A DNA stretch of 63,761 bases, filler included, from Octopus bimaculoides (Eukaryota): the NCBI RefSeq assembly GCF_001194135.2. It is 6 parts of 5 records of this genome, joined end to end, with 100 filler letters (N's around TTAATTAATTAA, not from the genome) between each part and the next. Parts side by side here need not be neighbours in the genome. Positions count along the whole stretch, not along the records: positions 1 to 10,563 come from NC_068985.1; positions 10,664 to 14,312 come from NC_068984.1; 4 more parts are not named here. One strand, written 5' to 3'. The notes below the pieces were generated by a model. That model did no database searches, was not told where the DNA came from, and saw nothing but the letters and a program-made list of their open reading frames with translations. Made by a program: the position numbers and the translations under genes. This document shows positions 1-11,129 of this stretch, in pieces; the first letter of the stretch is position 1, and each line of letters begins with the position of its first letter.

Positions 1-59
<59 letters not shown>

Positions 60-290
60 CAGATACAAGGATAAATAGATATAAAAATACACAAACAGAT
101 AGACAGATTGAAAGAAAAAAAAACAGAGAGAAGGATACAAAGAGAGATATACAAACTGAGATAGATAGACAGAGAGACAGATAGACAGAGAGATAGATTG
201 AGATAGATAGACAGAGAGACAGATGGACAGACAGATAGATAGACAGACAGGCAGAGAGATAGACTGAGATACAGAGATATAAGCAAAGAT
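1..290. repeat. (GATA)n / (GACA)n microsatellite, degenerating to the right
   Basis: Direct reading: perfect AGAT run at 1-58, then AGAT/AGAC variants. Confidence 0.95.
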
Positions 291-564
291 AGATACACAA
301 ATAAACATTTATTGTTGTTATGTGAAAGTTTTAGCTGTTATTGTTTACTCTCACTCCAAAATGTCAACGTTGATTCATGTTGACATATTGACATATATGA
401 CATTCTCCCCACCCCCCGCCCACAAAAGAACAAACTAGCAATCAAGAAATGGAATGAAGCTGTGATTAGTTTGTTAGAAACCCACTCCGTTGGCGCTAAA
501 TAACAACAACAATTACAAATGTGTGTGTGTGTGTATGTATGTATGTGTGTATGTATATGTATGT

Positions 565-960
565 ATCATCATCGTTTAACGTCTGCTTTCCATGCTGGCA
601 TGGGTTGGACGATTTGACAGAGGACTGGCAAACCAGATTGGCTGCACCTGGCTCCGATCTGATCTGGCAATGTTTCTACGGCTGGATGCCCTTCCTAACG
701 CCAACCACTCAGAGAGTGTAGTGGGTGCTTTTACGTGTCACCCGCACGAAAACGGCCACGCTCGAAATGGTGTCTTTTATGTGCCACCCGCACAAGCCAG
801 TCCAGGGGCACTGGCAACGATCTCACTCGAAAATCCTACGGGAGCCAGTCAGGCGGTACTGGCAACGGCCACGCTCAAAATGGTGCATCTCATGTGCCAC
901 CCGCACAAGAGCCAGTCCAGGGGCACTGGCAACGATCTTACTTGGCTTGCCGGGTCTTCN
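565..960 (-). mobile_element. RTE-clade LINE 3' UTR/tail with internal tandem subrepeats
   Basis: Reverse complement ends ...CATGGAAAGCAGACGTTAAACGATGATGAT. It contains GTGGTTGGCGTTAGGAAGGGCATCCAGC, shared with five other copies in the window, and is colinear across the gap with the RT fragment at 1851-2150. Confidence 0.85.
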
Positions 961-1850
961 NNNNNNNNNNNNNNNNNNNNNNNNNNNNNNNNNNNNNNNN
1001 NNNNNNNNNNNNNNNNNNNNNNNNNNNNNNNNNNNNNNNNNNNNNNNNNNNNNNNNNNNNNNNNNNNNNNNNNNNNNNNNNNNNNNNNNNNNNNNNNNNN
1101 NNNNNNNNNNNNNNNNNNNNNNNNNNNNNNNNNNNNNNNNNNNNNNNNNNNNNNNNNNNNNNNNNNNNNNNNNNNNNNNNNNNNNNNNNNNNNNNNNNNN
1201 NNNNNNNNNNNNNNNNNNNNNNNNNNNNNNNNNNNNNNNNNNNNNNNNNNNNNNNNNNNNNNNNNNNNNNNNNNNNNNNNNNNNNNNNNNNNNNNNNNNN
1301 NNNNNNNNNNNNNNNNNNNNNNNNNNNNNNNNNNNNNNNNNNNNNNNNNNNNNNNNNNNNNNNNNNNNNNNNNNNNNNNNNNNNNNNNNNNNNNNNNNNN
1401 NNNNNNNNNNNNNNNNNNNNNNNNNNNNNNNNNNNNNNNNNNNNNNNNNNNNNNNNNNNNNNNNNNNNNNNNNNNNNNNNNNNNNNNNNNNNNNNNNNNN
1501 NNNNNNNNNNNNNNNNNNNNNNNNNNNNNNNNNNNNNNNNNNNNNNNNNNNNNNNNNNNNNNNNNNNNNNNNNNNNNNNNNNNNNNNNNNNNNNNNNNNN
1601 NNNNNNNNNNNNNNNNNNNNNNNNNNNNNNNNNNNNNNNNNNNNNNNNNNNNNNNNNNNNNNNNNNNNNNNNNNNNNNNNNNNNNNNNNNNNNNNNNNNN
1701 NNNNNNNNNNNNNNNNNNNNNNNNNNNNNNNNNNNNNNNNNNNNNNNNNNNNNNNNNNNNNNNNNNNNNNNNNNNNNNNNNNNNNNNNNNNNNNNNNNNN
1801 NNNNNNNNNNNNNNNNNNNNNNNNNNNNNNNNNNNNNNNNNNNNNNNACT

Positions 1851-2150
1851 ACCTACTCCTTTTCTACATACTGAGCAGGGTCATCTACCTGAAGGGGTTT
1901 GTGTTTTATCTACCTTCCTACTTATTAGGATTTTGGTTTTAGCTGGGTTGACTCTAAGGCCCTTCAATTCTAGACCTTGCTTCCACACCTGAAACTTCTC
2001 CTCTAGTTCTGATAGTGACTCCGCAATTAGGGCAAGGTCATCAGCATAGAGGAGCTCCCAGGGGCAACCTGTCTTGAACTCCTCTGTGATTGCCTGGAGG
2101 ACTATGATAAATAAGAGGGGGCTGAGGACGGAACCTTGGTGGACCCTTAC
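1851..2150 (-). mobile_element. RTE-clade LINE reverse transcriptase fragment (5'-truncated, inactivated)
   Basis: Manual translation: VRVHQGSVLSPLLFIIVLQAITEEFKTGCPWELLYADDLALIAESLSELEEKFQVWKQGLELKGLRVNPAKTKILISR...GR*PCSVCRKGVG. It has the QGSVLSP and YADD RT motifs and one in-frame stop. Confidence 0.93.
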
Positions 2151-2287
2151 CTCTCTCTCTCTATATATATATATTTATATATACCGGAGTAAGCACATAA
2201 ATGTGCAACAAGGTGGAAAAAAGAGTACTCAAATATCAGAGGTAGAGTAATATGCATTATTTAAGAGCAGCAGAAATATAACAGAAG

Positions 2288-2327
2288 ACTGTTACTCGGA
2301 GTTTCACGTTCCCGTTCATCGGACAGT
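2288..2327 (-). ncRNA. Minimal type I hammerhead ribozyme-like motif inside a short interspersed repeat (about 2183-2340)
   Basis: Minus strand reads ACTGT-CCGATGA-ACG GGAA CGT-GAAA-CTC C GAG-TA-ACAGT: 5-bp stem I, core CCGATGA (U4C), 3-bp stem II, GAAA, palindromic stem III and a GUA cleavage triplet. Confidence 0.7.
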
Positions 2328-2399
2328 TTTGTTAGAAATGGGAAAGGAATGACAATGCAATCAAAATTAATATAAAATTTGAAACACATAGATCAGTTT

Positions 2400-2500
2400 C
2401 ATTGGTGTTGCCATCCGGTTTCACCAGTCCTCAGTCAAATCGTCCAACCCATGCTAGCATGGAAAGCGGATGTTAAACGATGATGATGATGATGATGATA
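2400..2500 (+). mobile_element. RTE LINE 3' tail fragment ending in (GAT)n
   Basis: CAGTCAAATCGTCCAACCCATGCTAGCATGGAAAGCGGATGTTAAACGATGATGAT matches the other RTE tails. Confidence 0.85.
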
Positions 2501-2977
2501 TGTACTTTTTGAGGGCTATTTTTATTACTGTTATTAGTATGGATACATTGTTGTTTACCAAAATTATGCAATTTCAAAATAATTTGTATGTGTGCAAAGT
2601 CAATTGGTTGAAAGTGAAACAACTTCAGAGTTGATCCAGTTACCATGACAAACTGATATATATATGTACTTACAAGACCTGGTTATAGACTGAATATAGT
2701 GTGCATTTCCATAATAGTATTATTATATGTGAATTGACATATCAGGATATATAGAAATATGTAGGCCAGAACAAAGAAACCTAATAAGGTTACCCCATAG
2801 CATGATGTCTCTCTTTGATTTTTAGTATAAACTAAAAATTCTAAATGAATGGATATAAATATGGAAAATAGACTCTATATATGAATGTATTCGGAGGCTT
2901 ATAAGTCAAAGAGCATGAAAAGATATACATTCATGAGACTGTAAAATGTGAGCTTGTTCAGATAAATATATGCATGC

Positions 2978-3142
2978 TTAGTTTTAGAATGGTGGCAGCT
3001 GATGAAGGAAATGTTCTCTATGTGGCCTGTGTGTTTTCTGTAGTCTGTTTATCATTTTGTCAACGTCCTGTACCCAGATATGCATCTATATATACATGTA
3101 GATGTAGATATGTACATACATGCATGTATATATGCATATACT
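2978..3142 (+). repeat. Dispersed repeat, copy 1 (copy 2 at 6740-6927), possibly PLE terminal-repeat related
   Basis: Both copies share GGCAGCTGATGAA(G/A)GAAAT(G/A)TTCTCTATGTGGCCTGT...ACGTCCTGTACCCAGATATGCATCTATATATACATGTAGATGTAG. Confidence 0.8.
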
Positions 3143-3719
3143 CATATTATTTGTATATACATATGTAGGTATATTAGTGCTAAATAAGTGTGTGTGTATG
3201 TGTGTATGTCCGTATGTATGTCTCTTCTATTTTTTGACTATCATAAATCTTCCACTGAGGAGGGAGCTGGTTTCCAACATGTAAGCCTGTATGTATGTGT
3301 ATATATGCAAGTAAATCTTCTTGATTTAATAACCTCTCTTGTTGACTTGTATTGCAACTGAGATAAAGCTCAGCAACAGTAATGCTACACAGCTTTGGTC
3401 CCCTGCTGTGCAAAGGAAGTGACCACACAACATTGATTTCCTTTGAAGTGGAATAATAACAGACTCAAAGACAACTCTGAAGTTTATCATTTTATGACAT
3501 TATTATCTTACAAGGTTCATTTATTTTTCTAAAACCCAGACAGGTTTGTGGTTAAGGAAAGATTGAATAAGGGGTTGCTTTATTTTATCATTTATTTCCA
3601 TTGATATGATTTTGGTATTTTTTTCTTATTTGTATCTCTTTGTTTTTCAGTGTTGTTCTCTGTCAATAGAATGCTAAGTATAATGGGGTGGGTATAAAGC
3701 AAAGTAAACTAAAGATGAT

Positions 3720-3950
3720 CTAGCAATTGCCAGTGTCATGTAAATGGCACCTGTGCCAGTGGTATGTAAGAGACACCCATTACACTCTCGGGGTGGTTGA
3801 CAGTAGGAAAAGCATCCAACCTTAGAAACCATGCCAAATCAGACTAGAACCTGGTGCAGCTCTCAGACTAATCAGTTCCAGTCAAACCATCTAACCCATG
3901 CCAGCATGGAAAGTAGACGTTAAATGACGATGATGATGATGATGATGATG
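3720..3950 (+). mobile_element. RTE LINE 3' tail fragment
   Basis: GGTTGACAGTAGGAAAAGCATCCAACC...CCCATGCCAGCATGGAAAGTAGACGTTAAATGACGATGATGAT. Confidence 0.85.
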
Positions 3951-4461
3951 AATGTGTATAATACATGTAACATTCAGCAATTGAGAGCTGATAATGATGT
4001 GCTGAAACATCTGTAGTGATTTGTAATAAAAACCTGTTCATTGCATCTTTTTTTACACATGTGAGTTCTTTGATTACTTTTAGTTTAATTATCATTAACT
4101 TAATTAAGTATGGGTTTGGTTGTTAATAGTACAGAATGTTATTGTGGCATCGGTGTAGCAGAATTGGTTTCAACAAAGTTCTCTCTATGAAACGCCTTAG
4201 ATGCCGCTGGTCTGCTGCCTCGACAAGCAAAAAACATTGATAAGACTCTTAAATGAAAATTACATGTGTTTCTATACAATTAACCCATAGGAAAGAGGGC
4301 AAAGATAATACACCGATTGTACATACGTATGTGCATATGTGTGTGTGTGTGTACATAATTGTGAGCATGTGTATATGAATGTTAGTTTTGTGTTTAAGTG
4401 TGTGTGTTCATTTTGATAATGGTGTGTTTTGCATTTAAAGTTGATGTGAAAGTATATAGAA

Positions 4462-4509
<48 letters not shown>

Positions 4510-4774
4510 NNNNNNNNNNNNNNNNNNNNNNNNNNNNNNNNNNNNNNNNNNNNNNNNNNNNNNNNNNNNNNNNNNNNNNNNNNNNNNNNNNNNNNNNNNN
4601 NNNNNNNNNNNNNNNNNNNNNNNNNNNNNNNNNNNNNNNNNNNNNNNNNNNNNNNNNNNNNNNNNNNNNNNNNNNNNNNNNNNNNNNNNNNNNNNNNNNN
4701 NNNNNNNNNNNNNNNNNNNNNNNNNNNNNNNNNNNNNNNNNNNNNNNNNNNNNNNNNNNNNNNNAAAAACAAAA

Positions 4775-4936
4775 AAACAACAAAGTGAGGACGTGATATG
4801 GATAGTATTATTGGACGCTCAGGAAAGGAAAGAGAGAGTGTATGACGTTTCGGGCGTAGCCCTTCGTCGGAAAGATGGAAAGTTCGGAGAATGGAAGAAC
4901 GGAGAAAGAGGAAAATGGTACCGATGCCCACGAGGT

Positions 4937-4940
<4 letters not shown>
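4775..4940 (-). mobile_element. PLE pseudo-LTR-like repeat carrying a hammerhead-like motif (4840-4874)
   Basis: Minus: CTTT-CCGACGA-A-GGGC TAC GCCC-GAAA-CGTC-ATAC. Related copies are at 26817-26852 and 35228-35263. PLE-associated minimal hammerheads are established (Cervera and de la Pena). Confidence 0.55.
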
Positions 4941-4978
<38 letters not shown>

Positions 4979-5188
4979 AACCCAGACTCTACATGCAAAA
5001 TTCTCTGCAGTGTTTCTACTGAGGTCTTACATTCTGGGTTCAAATTCTGCCGCGATCAACTTTACCTTCTCTCTGGGGTTAAAAGAATAAAGTACAGCTC
5101 ACTTTAGGAATCACTGTTCTAAATCAATCATGAGCAAACTGACCAGCAAGACTTTCTGAATGGTATACCCTCATCATCATACTATAAT

Positions 5189-5502
5189 GTGGCTTAGTAG
5201 TTAGAGTATTCGGCTCACCATTGTAAGGTCGTAAGTTCAATTCTCGGCGATGCGTTGCGTCCTTGAGCAAGACACTTTATTTCACGCTGCTCCAGTCCAC
5301 TCAGCTGGCAAAAATGAGTAGTACCTGTATTTCAAAGGGGCCAGCCTTGTCACACTCTGTGTCACGCTGAATCTCCCTGAGAACTACGTTAAGGTTACAT
5401 GTGTCTGTGGAGTACTCAGCCACTTGCACATTAATTTCACGAGCAAGCTGTTCTGTTGATCGTATCAGCTGGGACCCTCGTCGTCGTAACCGACGGAGTG
5501 CT
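5189..5502 (+). mobile_element. tRNA-derived SINE, family C (near full length)
   Basis: A-box-like TGGCTTAGTAG, B-box-like AGTTCAATTCT, then GTCCTTGAGCAAGACACTTTATTTCAC...CACTCAGCTGGCAAAAATGAGTA central domain. Confidence 0.8.
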
Positions 5503-5519
5503 CCTTTAATAATATCCTC

Positions 5520-5760
5520 CTTCCATGCTGGCACGGGTTGGACGGTTTGACAGGAGTTGGCCAGGAAGAAGACTGCACCATGCTTTCCTGTCTGGCTTTG
5601 GTATGGTTTTTACAGCTGGATGCCCTTCCTAACACCAACCACTCCTCAGAGTAGACTCAGTGCTTTTTATGCGGCACCAGCACAGATGAGGTCAGTTATG
5701 GCAAGGTTTTTACAGCTGGATGCCCTTCCAAATGCCAACCACTTTACAATGTGAACTGGA
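5520..5760 (-). mobile_element. RTE LINE 3' tail fragments (two partial units)
   Basis: TTCCATGCTGGCACGGGTTGGACGGTTTGACAGG and two GCTGGATGCCCTTCC(T/A)AA motifs. Confidence 0.8.
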
Positions 5761-6542
5761 TGCTTTTTTTAAGCACACCTAATGAAAAATTACTTCAAAT
5801 TTCTTTAAGCAGTGCAGCCCACCTGATGGTGACTCATGTCTGATGCAGTTGTTTCTTGGAAAAGAATGCCCATGCCAGTTGTAAATAGTCTTAAGAAATA
5901 GCAATTCCCTCTCAAATCACATTCTAGTTTTGTTGTTGTTGCTGTTTTAAGGAAGGAAACAAGATGGATGCCTTTGATCAAGTCTACTGGATGAGGGTTT
6001 AAATAACAGCTTGAAATATGGATGGGTGTGTATGAAAGAAAGTAAGAGTGGGAGTGGGATAATAAAAGAATGAGGTAGGAGGTGTAGTTAGAATGGGAGT
6101 GAGTGAATGCGTGGGAGAGATAATTACAGGCTGATATATAGGTGGGAGAGCTGTTAACACCTCTACCTATCACCCTTTTACTGTGCTGGCTAACTGGTTG
6201 GCTGGTTGGGAAGATATGAGGGAGGACAAGAATGATTAGAGAGAGAAAGAGGCCTTTAGGAAGAAGGATGAGAGAGAGGAGGAGGATAAAAAAAGGGAGG
6301 AGGAGGATAAAAAAGCAGAGAGGTGAGAGGGAGATGTAAAAGAGAGAAGTGAGAGGGAGAGGGAAATGGTGATAGTTGAAAGGAAGTGGTAGAAGGGTTA
6401 TGAGGGCTAAAAGTTGGTAAAAAGTAACAGGGGAGAATACAAAATAGAAGGGAGTTATTACAGGGGTGGGGTAGATACTGAAAAGTAACCATGCAGTGCT
6501 AAGTTCAATACCTCCTATCAGAAGAAGAAAAATCTACCTGTA

Positions 6543-6715
6543 AGGTGCAGGAGTGGCTGTGTGGTAAGTAGTTTGCTTATCGACCACATGGTTTCAGGTT
6601 CAGTCCCACTGTGTGGCACCTTGGGTAAGTGTCTTCTACTATAGCCTCGGGCCGACCAAAGCCTTGTGAGTGGGTTTGGTAGATGGAAACTGAAAGAAAC
6701 CCATCGTGTATATAT
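6543..6715 (+). mobile_element. tRNA-derived SINE, family A, 5' head
   Basis: GGAGTGGCTGTGTGGTAAG (A box), GGTTCAGTCCC (B box), GGCACCTTGGGTAAGTGTCTTCTACTATAGCC; near-identical to 49795-49960. Confidence 0.9.
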
Positions 6716-6739
6716 ATCTGCCCTAATTCTTCGAAACAC

Positions 6740-6927
6740 TTAGTTTAGAATAGGGGCAGCTGATGAAAGAAATATTCTCTATGTGGCCTGTTTGTTTTCT
6801 GTGCTCTGTTTATGTTCTGTTTTTAATTTTGTCCACGTTTTTTTTGTGACGTCCTGTACCCAGATATGCATCTATATATACATGTAGATGTAGGTATGTA
6901 CATACATGTACGTATATATGCATATAC
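6740..6927 (+). repeat. Dispersed repeat, copy 2 (see 2978-3142)
   Basis: Direct sequence similarity to 2978-3142. Confidence 0.8.
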
Positions 6928-7407
6928 NNNNNNNNNNATATGTATGCGTGTGTATGTACAGAGGGCTAGAAAAAAGGTATACCGTTAGGTTTTTTTATGT
7001 GTTGTACTATAGAATCATCACAGCAGACTCTGCTGTGATGATTCTAAGATACAACAAGCTGTAAGGGACCATGTTTGATTTTTGCAGATAATAAAGATGT
7101 GTAGATTATGAATTTTGACTGAAGAGATGGGGCCTCAAAACAAAAAGTTGCAGGGGCCTCTAAAAGTCATGTGATGGCCCTATTTAGCCCTTGTCAAATT
7201 AAGAGTTTAACACTTAAGAAATGGCATTTCAGCATTGTCCCCTTTCCTCAGAATACATGGATTCTTGTTATATGGTGGACAGGGAGGAGGGAGGGATTGT
7301 TGGTTTGTTTGTTTGTTTTTTTGTTATCATAAGTCTTGTATGAATTTCTTATCTGAATCACAGGTGTCTGATCTAATTCCCAATTATTTGAAAATGGCCC
7401 AGATTCT

Positions 7408-7487
7408 TTACCTCCTTTTTTTTTGAAGTTGTTTAACTTCCTTCAGTGGATGACTCAGACATTCATTCTGAAGAATGAATTCAGTTC
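7408..7487 (-). CDS. Candidate terminal coding exon of an unknown gene
   Basis: Long T tract plus TTTCTATAG acceptor, then TEFILQNECLSHPLKEVKQLQKKRR*. No homology recognised. Confidence 0.25.
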
Positions 7488-7669
7488 CTATAGAAACTTA
7501 CAAAAAAACAAAAACAAAAAAAAAACAAACATAAACGAAAATAACAATAACAATACAGGACCAAAACAAAAGACTTTTAAAGATGGTTCTTTTAAAAGGA
7601 AACACAGAAGAGAAGAAGAAAATAAGAAAGTATATATGATAAACAACAAAATAAAGCAGGACTTTCTGT

Positions 7670-7940
7670 TTGTATCATCATCATCATCATCATCATCACC
7701 ATCACTGCCATCATCATCATGACCACTATCACCACCACCACCATCATCATTATTATCATCATTATTGTCTTTCATGTTTCTCATCATCATCATCATTCAA
7801 TTTCCTTATCATCATTATCCCCATCTTCATCATCACCATCACTGCCATCATCATCATCACCATCACTGCCATCATCATCATCATCATCATCACCTTCCTC
7901 ATCACCATCATCAACATTATTATCAACATCACTATGATTT
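7670..7940. repeat. (CAT)n/(CAC)n compound microsatellite
   Basis: Direct reading; it is the source of the poly-His/Ser/Ile ORFs. Confidence 0.95.
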
Positions 7941-9289
7941 TTTCCCCATTTTTGAATATATCTTTTAACAAACTTAACAACAAAATATTGATTATTTTAC
8001 TGTGTGGTAGAAATTGTTGGGATGAGAGGGGTGGGGGGGAGTGAAACCCAGTAAAAAGTCAGTACAACAATAACAATAATAATTTCTTTAATTGCCACAA
8101 GGGCAACAGTAAAATACATTACAAGACTATATTAAAAATGAGAAAAATAAACAATAACAAAAAAATTAATAAAAGAAAATTTAAAAAAAAAAAGAAAAAA
8201 AAGAAAATTTAAGAAAAAAGTTCTACATATTTCATTAAATCATCAATTCTGCGAGTCTTTTATTCCAATCAGTCAATTATTTATTTCATGTTTAGGAATA
8301 AAAAGAATTTAAAATCTGGAATATTTTAGTCATTTATCAATCTAGTCTTTTTTTTTCTTTTTTTTTTACATTACTTTCCAGCTTGATTGTTTGTTTGTTT
8401 TGTTTATTTTCGTTTTGTTTTTATTTTATAGAATAATTTTCCAGCCTTTATTTGAACCGGCATCCTACATATTTGTATGCCTGCTCATTCTTTACAAGAC
8501 ATTTTAGCATTACCTTTAGATGACTAAATAGCTGATTCAGTTTTAGAAGTTTCATGAAATGCTGTTAGTTCTAGCTGCTAATTATCCACTTTATGCTATT
8601 CTTCATTGTAATCCTTCAACATTTAGATATTTTCCCTCCAACTATCAAAGACATTTGTCCTCCAGCAGTCTAGATGTCTGTCTGCTAGCTCTTTAGCCAT
8701 CAACACTTCAGTTATTTAGCCATTTACCATTTAATTCTTTAAAACCATAAGCACTTATACAGGCCAAAATCCGGTGAAAAACTTTCTAGTTTCTGTTCAG
8801 ACTGGTTACATCCAGCCTCTCATATCAAAGCTACACTGTCCTAAAACTAAATAGTCACATCGTTGAAATCCTGAAGCTTTGAGACACAGCATGAATAAAT
8901 AAACACAAAAACAATGTGAATAGATAAGCATTGCATTTGACAGAGTAATCTGAATGCAAAAGGGTTAAACTTCTGTCCCAATCTCACAGACATCAATATA
9001 TATTCATCCTTCATTTCTCTAGACATTAATCTACCTGCTATATAACATCAGTACACTTTCATCTGCCTTAATATCAGCCCCCTTCCAGCTGCTTATAAAT
9101 CAACCTTCCAGCTGTGAAAGTATACACAAGATTTCAGCAATTGTAAGCAGTTCTATATATATACGACCAACAAGAAAACAATCAAAGTATATCATAGAAT
9201 AAAGCAGAAGTTTGCAACCATCATCAACAATGATATGAACAGAGTAGGCCCTGTGTGTAAGAATAAACCCTGGAACAAACAAGAGAGGC

Positions 9290-9800
9290 TTCACTGATGT
9301 AGCCAATGACAGCACTGCCTGACTGGTACCCATGCCAGTGGAACGTTAAAAGTACCATCCGAACATGATTGTTGCCAGAGCTGCAGACTGGCTCCCATGC
9401 CGGTGGCACATAAAAAGCACCATTTGAGTGTCATCGTTACCAGTGTCGCCTTACTGGCACATGTGCCGTTGACATGTGAAAAACAACATTCGAGCGAGGT
9501 TGTTGCTTGTGCTGCTGGACTGGCTCCTGTGTAGGTGGCACATAAAAAACACCATTTGAGCATGGCCATTACCAGTACCACCTGATTGGCCCTTGTGCCG
9601 GTGGTAGGTAAAAGCACCCACTACACTTTCAGAGTGGTTGGCATTAGGAAGGGCATCCAGCTGTAGAAACTCTGCCAGATCAGATTGGAACCTGGTGTAG
9701 CCATCTGGTTCACCAGTCCTCAGTCAAACCGTCCAACCCATGCCAGCATGGAAAGCGGATGTTAAACGACGACGATGATGATGATGATGATGATGATTAT
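9290..9800 (+). mobile_element. RTE LINE 3' UTR with internal tandem subrepeats and (GAT)n tail
   Basis: Repeated GGTGGCACATAAAAA(G/A)CACCATTTGAG units, then GTGGTTGGCATTAGGAAGGGCATCCAGC...GGAAAGCGGATGTTAAACGACGACGATGATG. Confidence 0.88.
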
Positions 9801-10484
9801 ATATACATATATATGTGTGTGTGTGTGTGTGTGCATGTATGAGTGTATATATATATATATATCTATTTATTTATATATATATACATACACACACACACAC
9901 ACATATATATATATATGTATAAATATACATATATATATAGAGAGAGATGTAGATCTGTATATACATATATATATACACACATATGCAAACACACACACAC
10001 ACACTCACGTATATGCTCCACACACCAAGAAATGAGTGGGTGTAATGAAATACAAAGATCAAAGTAATGACTTCACCACCAAACGCATAAGCACTCACCA
10101 TCACATACGAAAACACACATAGAAGCGACAACTCCCCAATTAAAACTTATAGACACACACACACACACACACACGAACACAGACACACACAGATGTACAA
10201 GATGCATAAGTTTCAAGATTATAAAACAAGAGAACTTGATCGAAATCCACCATTAGCCATTCAGACATGAACGCACACAGCTAGGGAGTGAGCATTGTCA
10301 TTAGCTGCGAAGGAAGAACTTTGACAAATCAATTGATTAATTAATTAATTAATTATGAAATTAATTAACAAAAAATCTGAAAATGAAATACAAACAGTGG
10401 GTGGGTGTTTTCTTTGCAGCATGCGTCTCCCAGAGTACAACATTATCTGTTTCAACACATGGTTTTGCTTGAAAGAAACTTGCA

Positions 10485-10529
<45 letters not shown>

Positions 10530-10563
10530 TATATACATATATATATACATATATATATACATA

Positions 10564-10663
10564 NNNNNNNNNNNNNNNNNNNNNNNNNNNNNNNNNNNNN
10601 NNNNNNNTTAATTAATTAANNNNNNNNNNNNNNNNNNNNNNNNNNNNNNNNNNNNNNNNNNNN
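10564..10663. other. Artificial assembly spacer (44 N + TTAATTAATTAA + 44 N)
   Basis: Exactly 100 bp with stops in all six frames; the identical structure occurs five times. Confidence 0.95.
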
Positions 10664-11129
10664 TATATATACATATATATTTATATAAATATATGTATAT
10701 GCTCACACACACAAGACATCATAAAGAAGAATGGAGAATTATACATCTTAAAATTTCTTCATTAAAGCATTATTCTCATTAAATTCTAATCTGGGACCTG
10801 TTTCTGCTGGATAGCAGTAATGTACATTTAGTTGATTTAAATTTAAATCAGTTGTATCAGTTAAATCTAATTCGAGTTAGACATTTCCATGTAAGTTTGC
10901 TCAAGGTTTTACCCATGTGGGTGGGCGAAACAAATTGAAAATTCTAGTAGTAGATAGTCCTTCTTAAAGTATATTCTAGACGAGGGACCATAAAACCTCA
11001 GGGTACAGGACAGTGTCACTTAAACTTATGACATTTTTAGATAATAAGTGAACAGATTATTTTATACATTTAATAATACTCAGGTTCTTAATTAGATGAT
11101 CAAGATGCATTCACACACTGACTGCTGAT

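Noticed and set aside
740-960. Repeat-spacer-like units suggestive of a CRISPR array
   Set aside because: Units are internal subrepeats of the RTE 3' UTR (also at 9330-9620); there are no unique spacers or cas genes, and the context is eukaryotic.
592-1992. Long ORFs of 180-480 aa here and at 21171-23791, 36477-37429, 45603-46318, 52576-53404 and 58099-58662
   Set aside because: They run through N gaps (X residues); artefacts of undetermined sequence.
6543-6620. tRNA gene (A and B boxes); likewise 49795 and the family B heads
   Set aside because: No cloverleaf or acceptor stem, and the sequence continues into a SINE body; these are tRNA-derived SINE heads.
7488-8044. Poly-His/Asp/Ile/Ser ORFs (also 14558-14943, 16129-16518, 22372-22921, 35735-36253, 43500-43779)
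   Set aside because: Translations of trinucleotide microsatellites open in several frames on both strands; no splice or homology support.
10833-10850. 18-bp perfect palindrome TGATTTAAATTTAAATCA
   Set aside because: Almost entirely A/T; expected by chance in such AT-rich DNA and with no supporting context.
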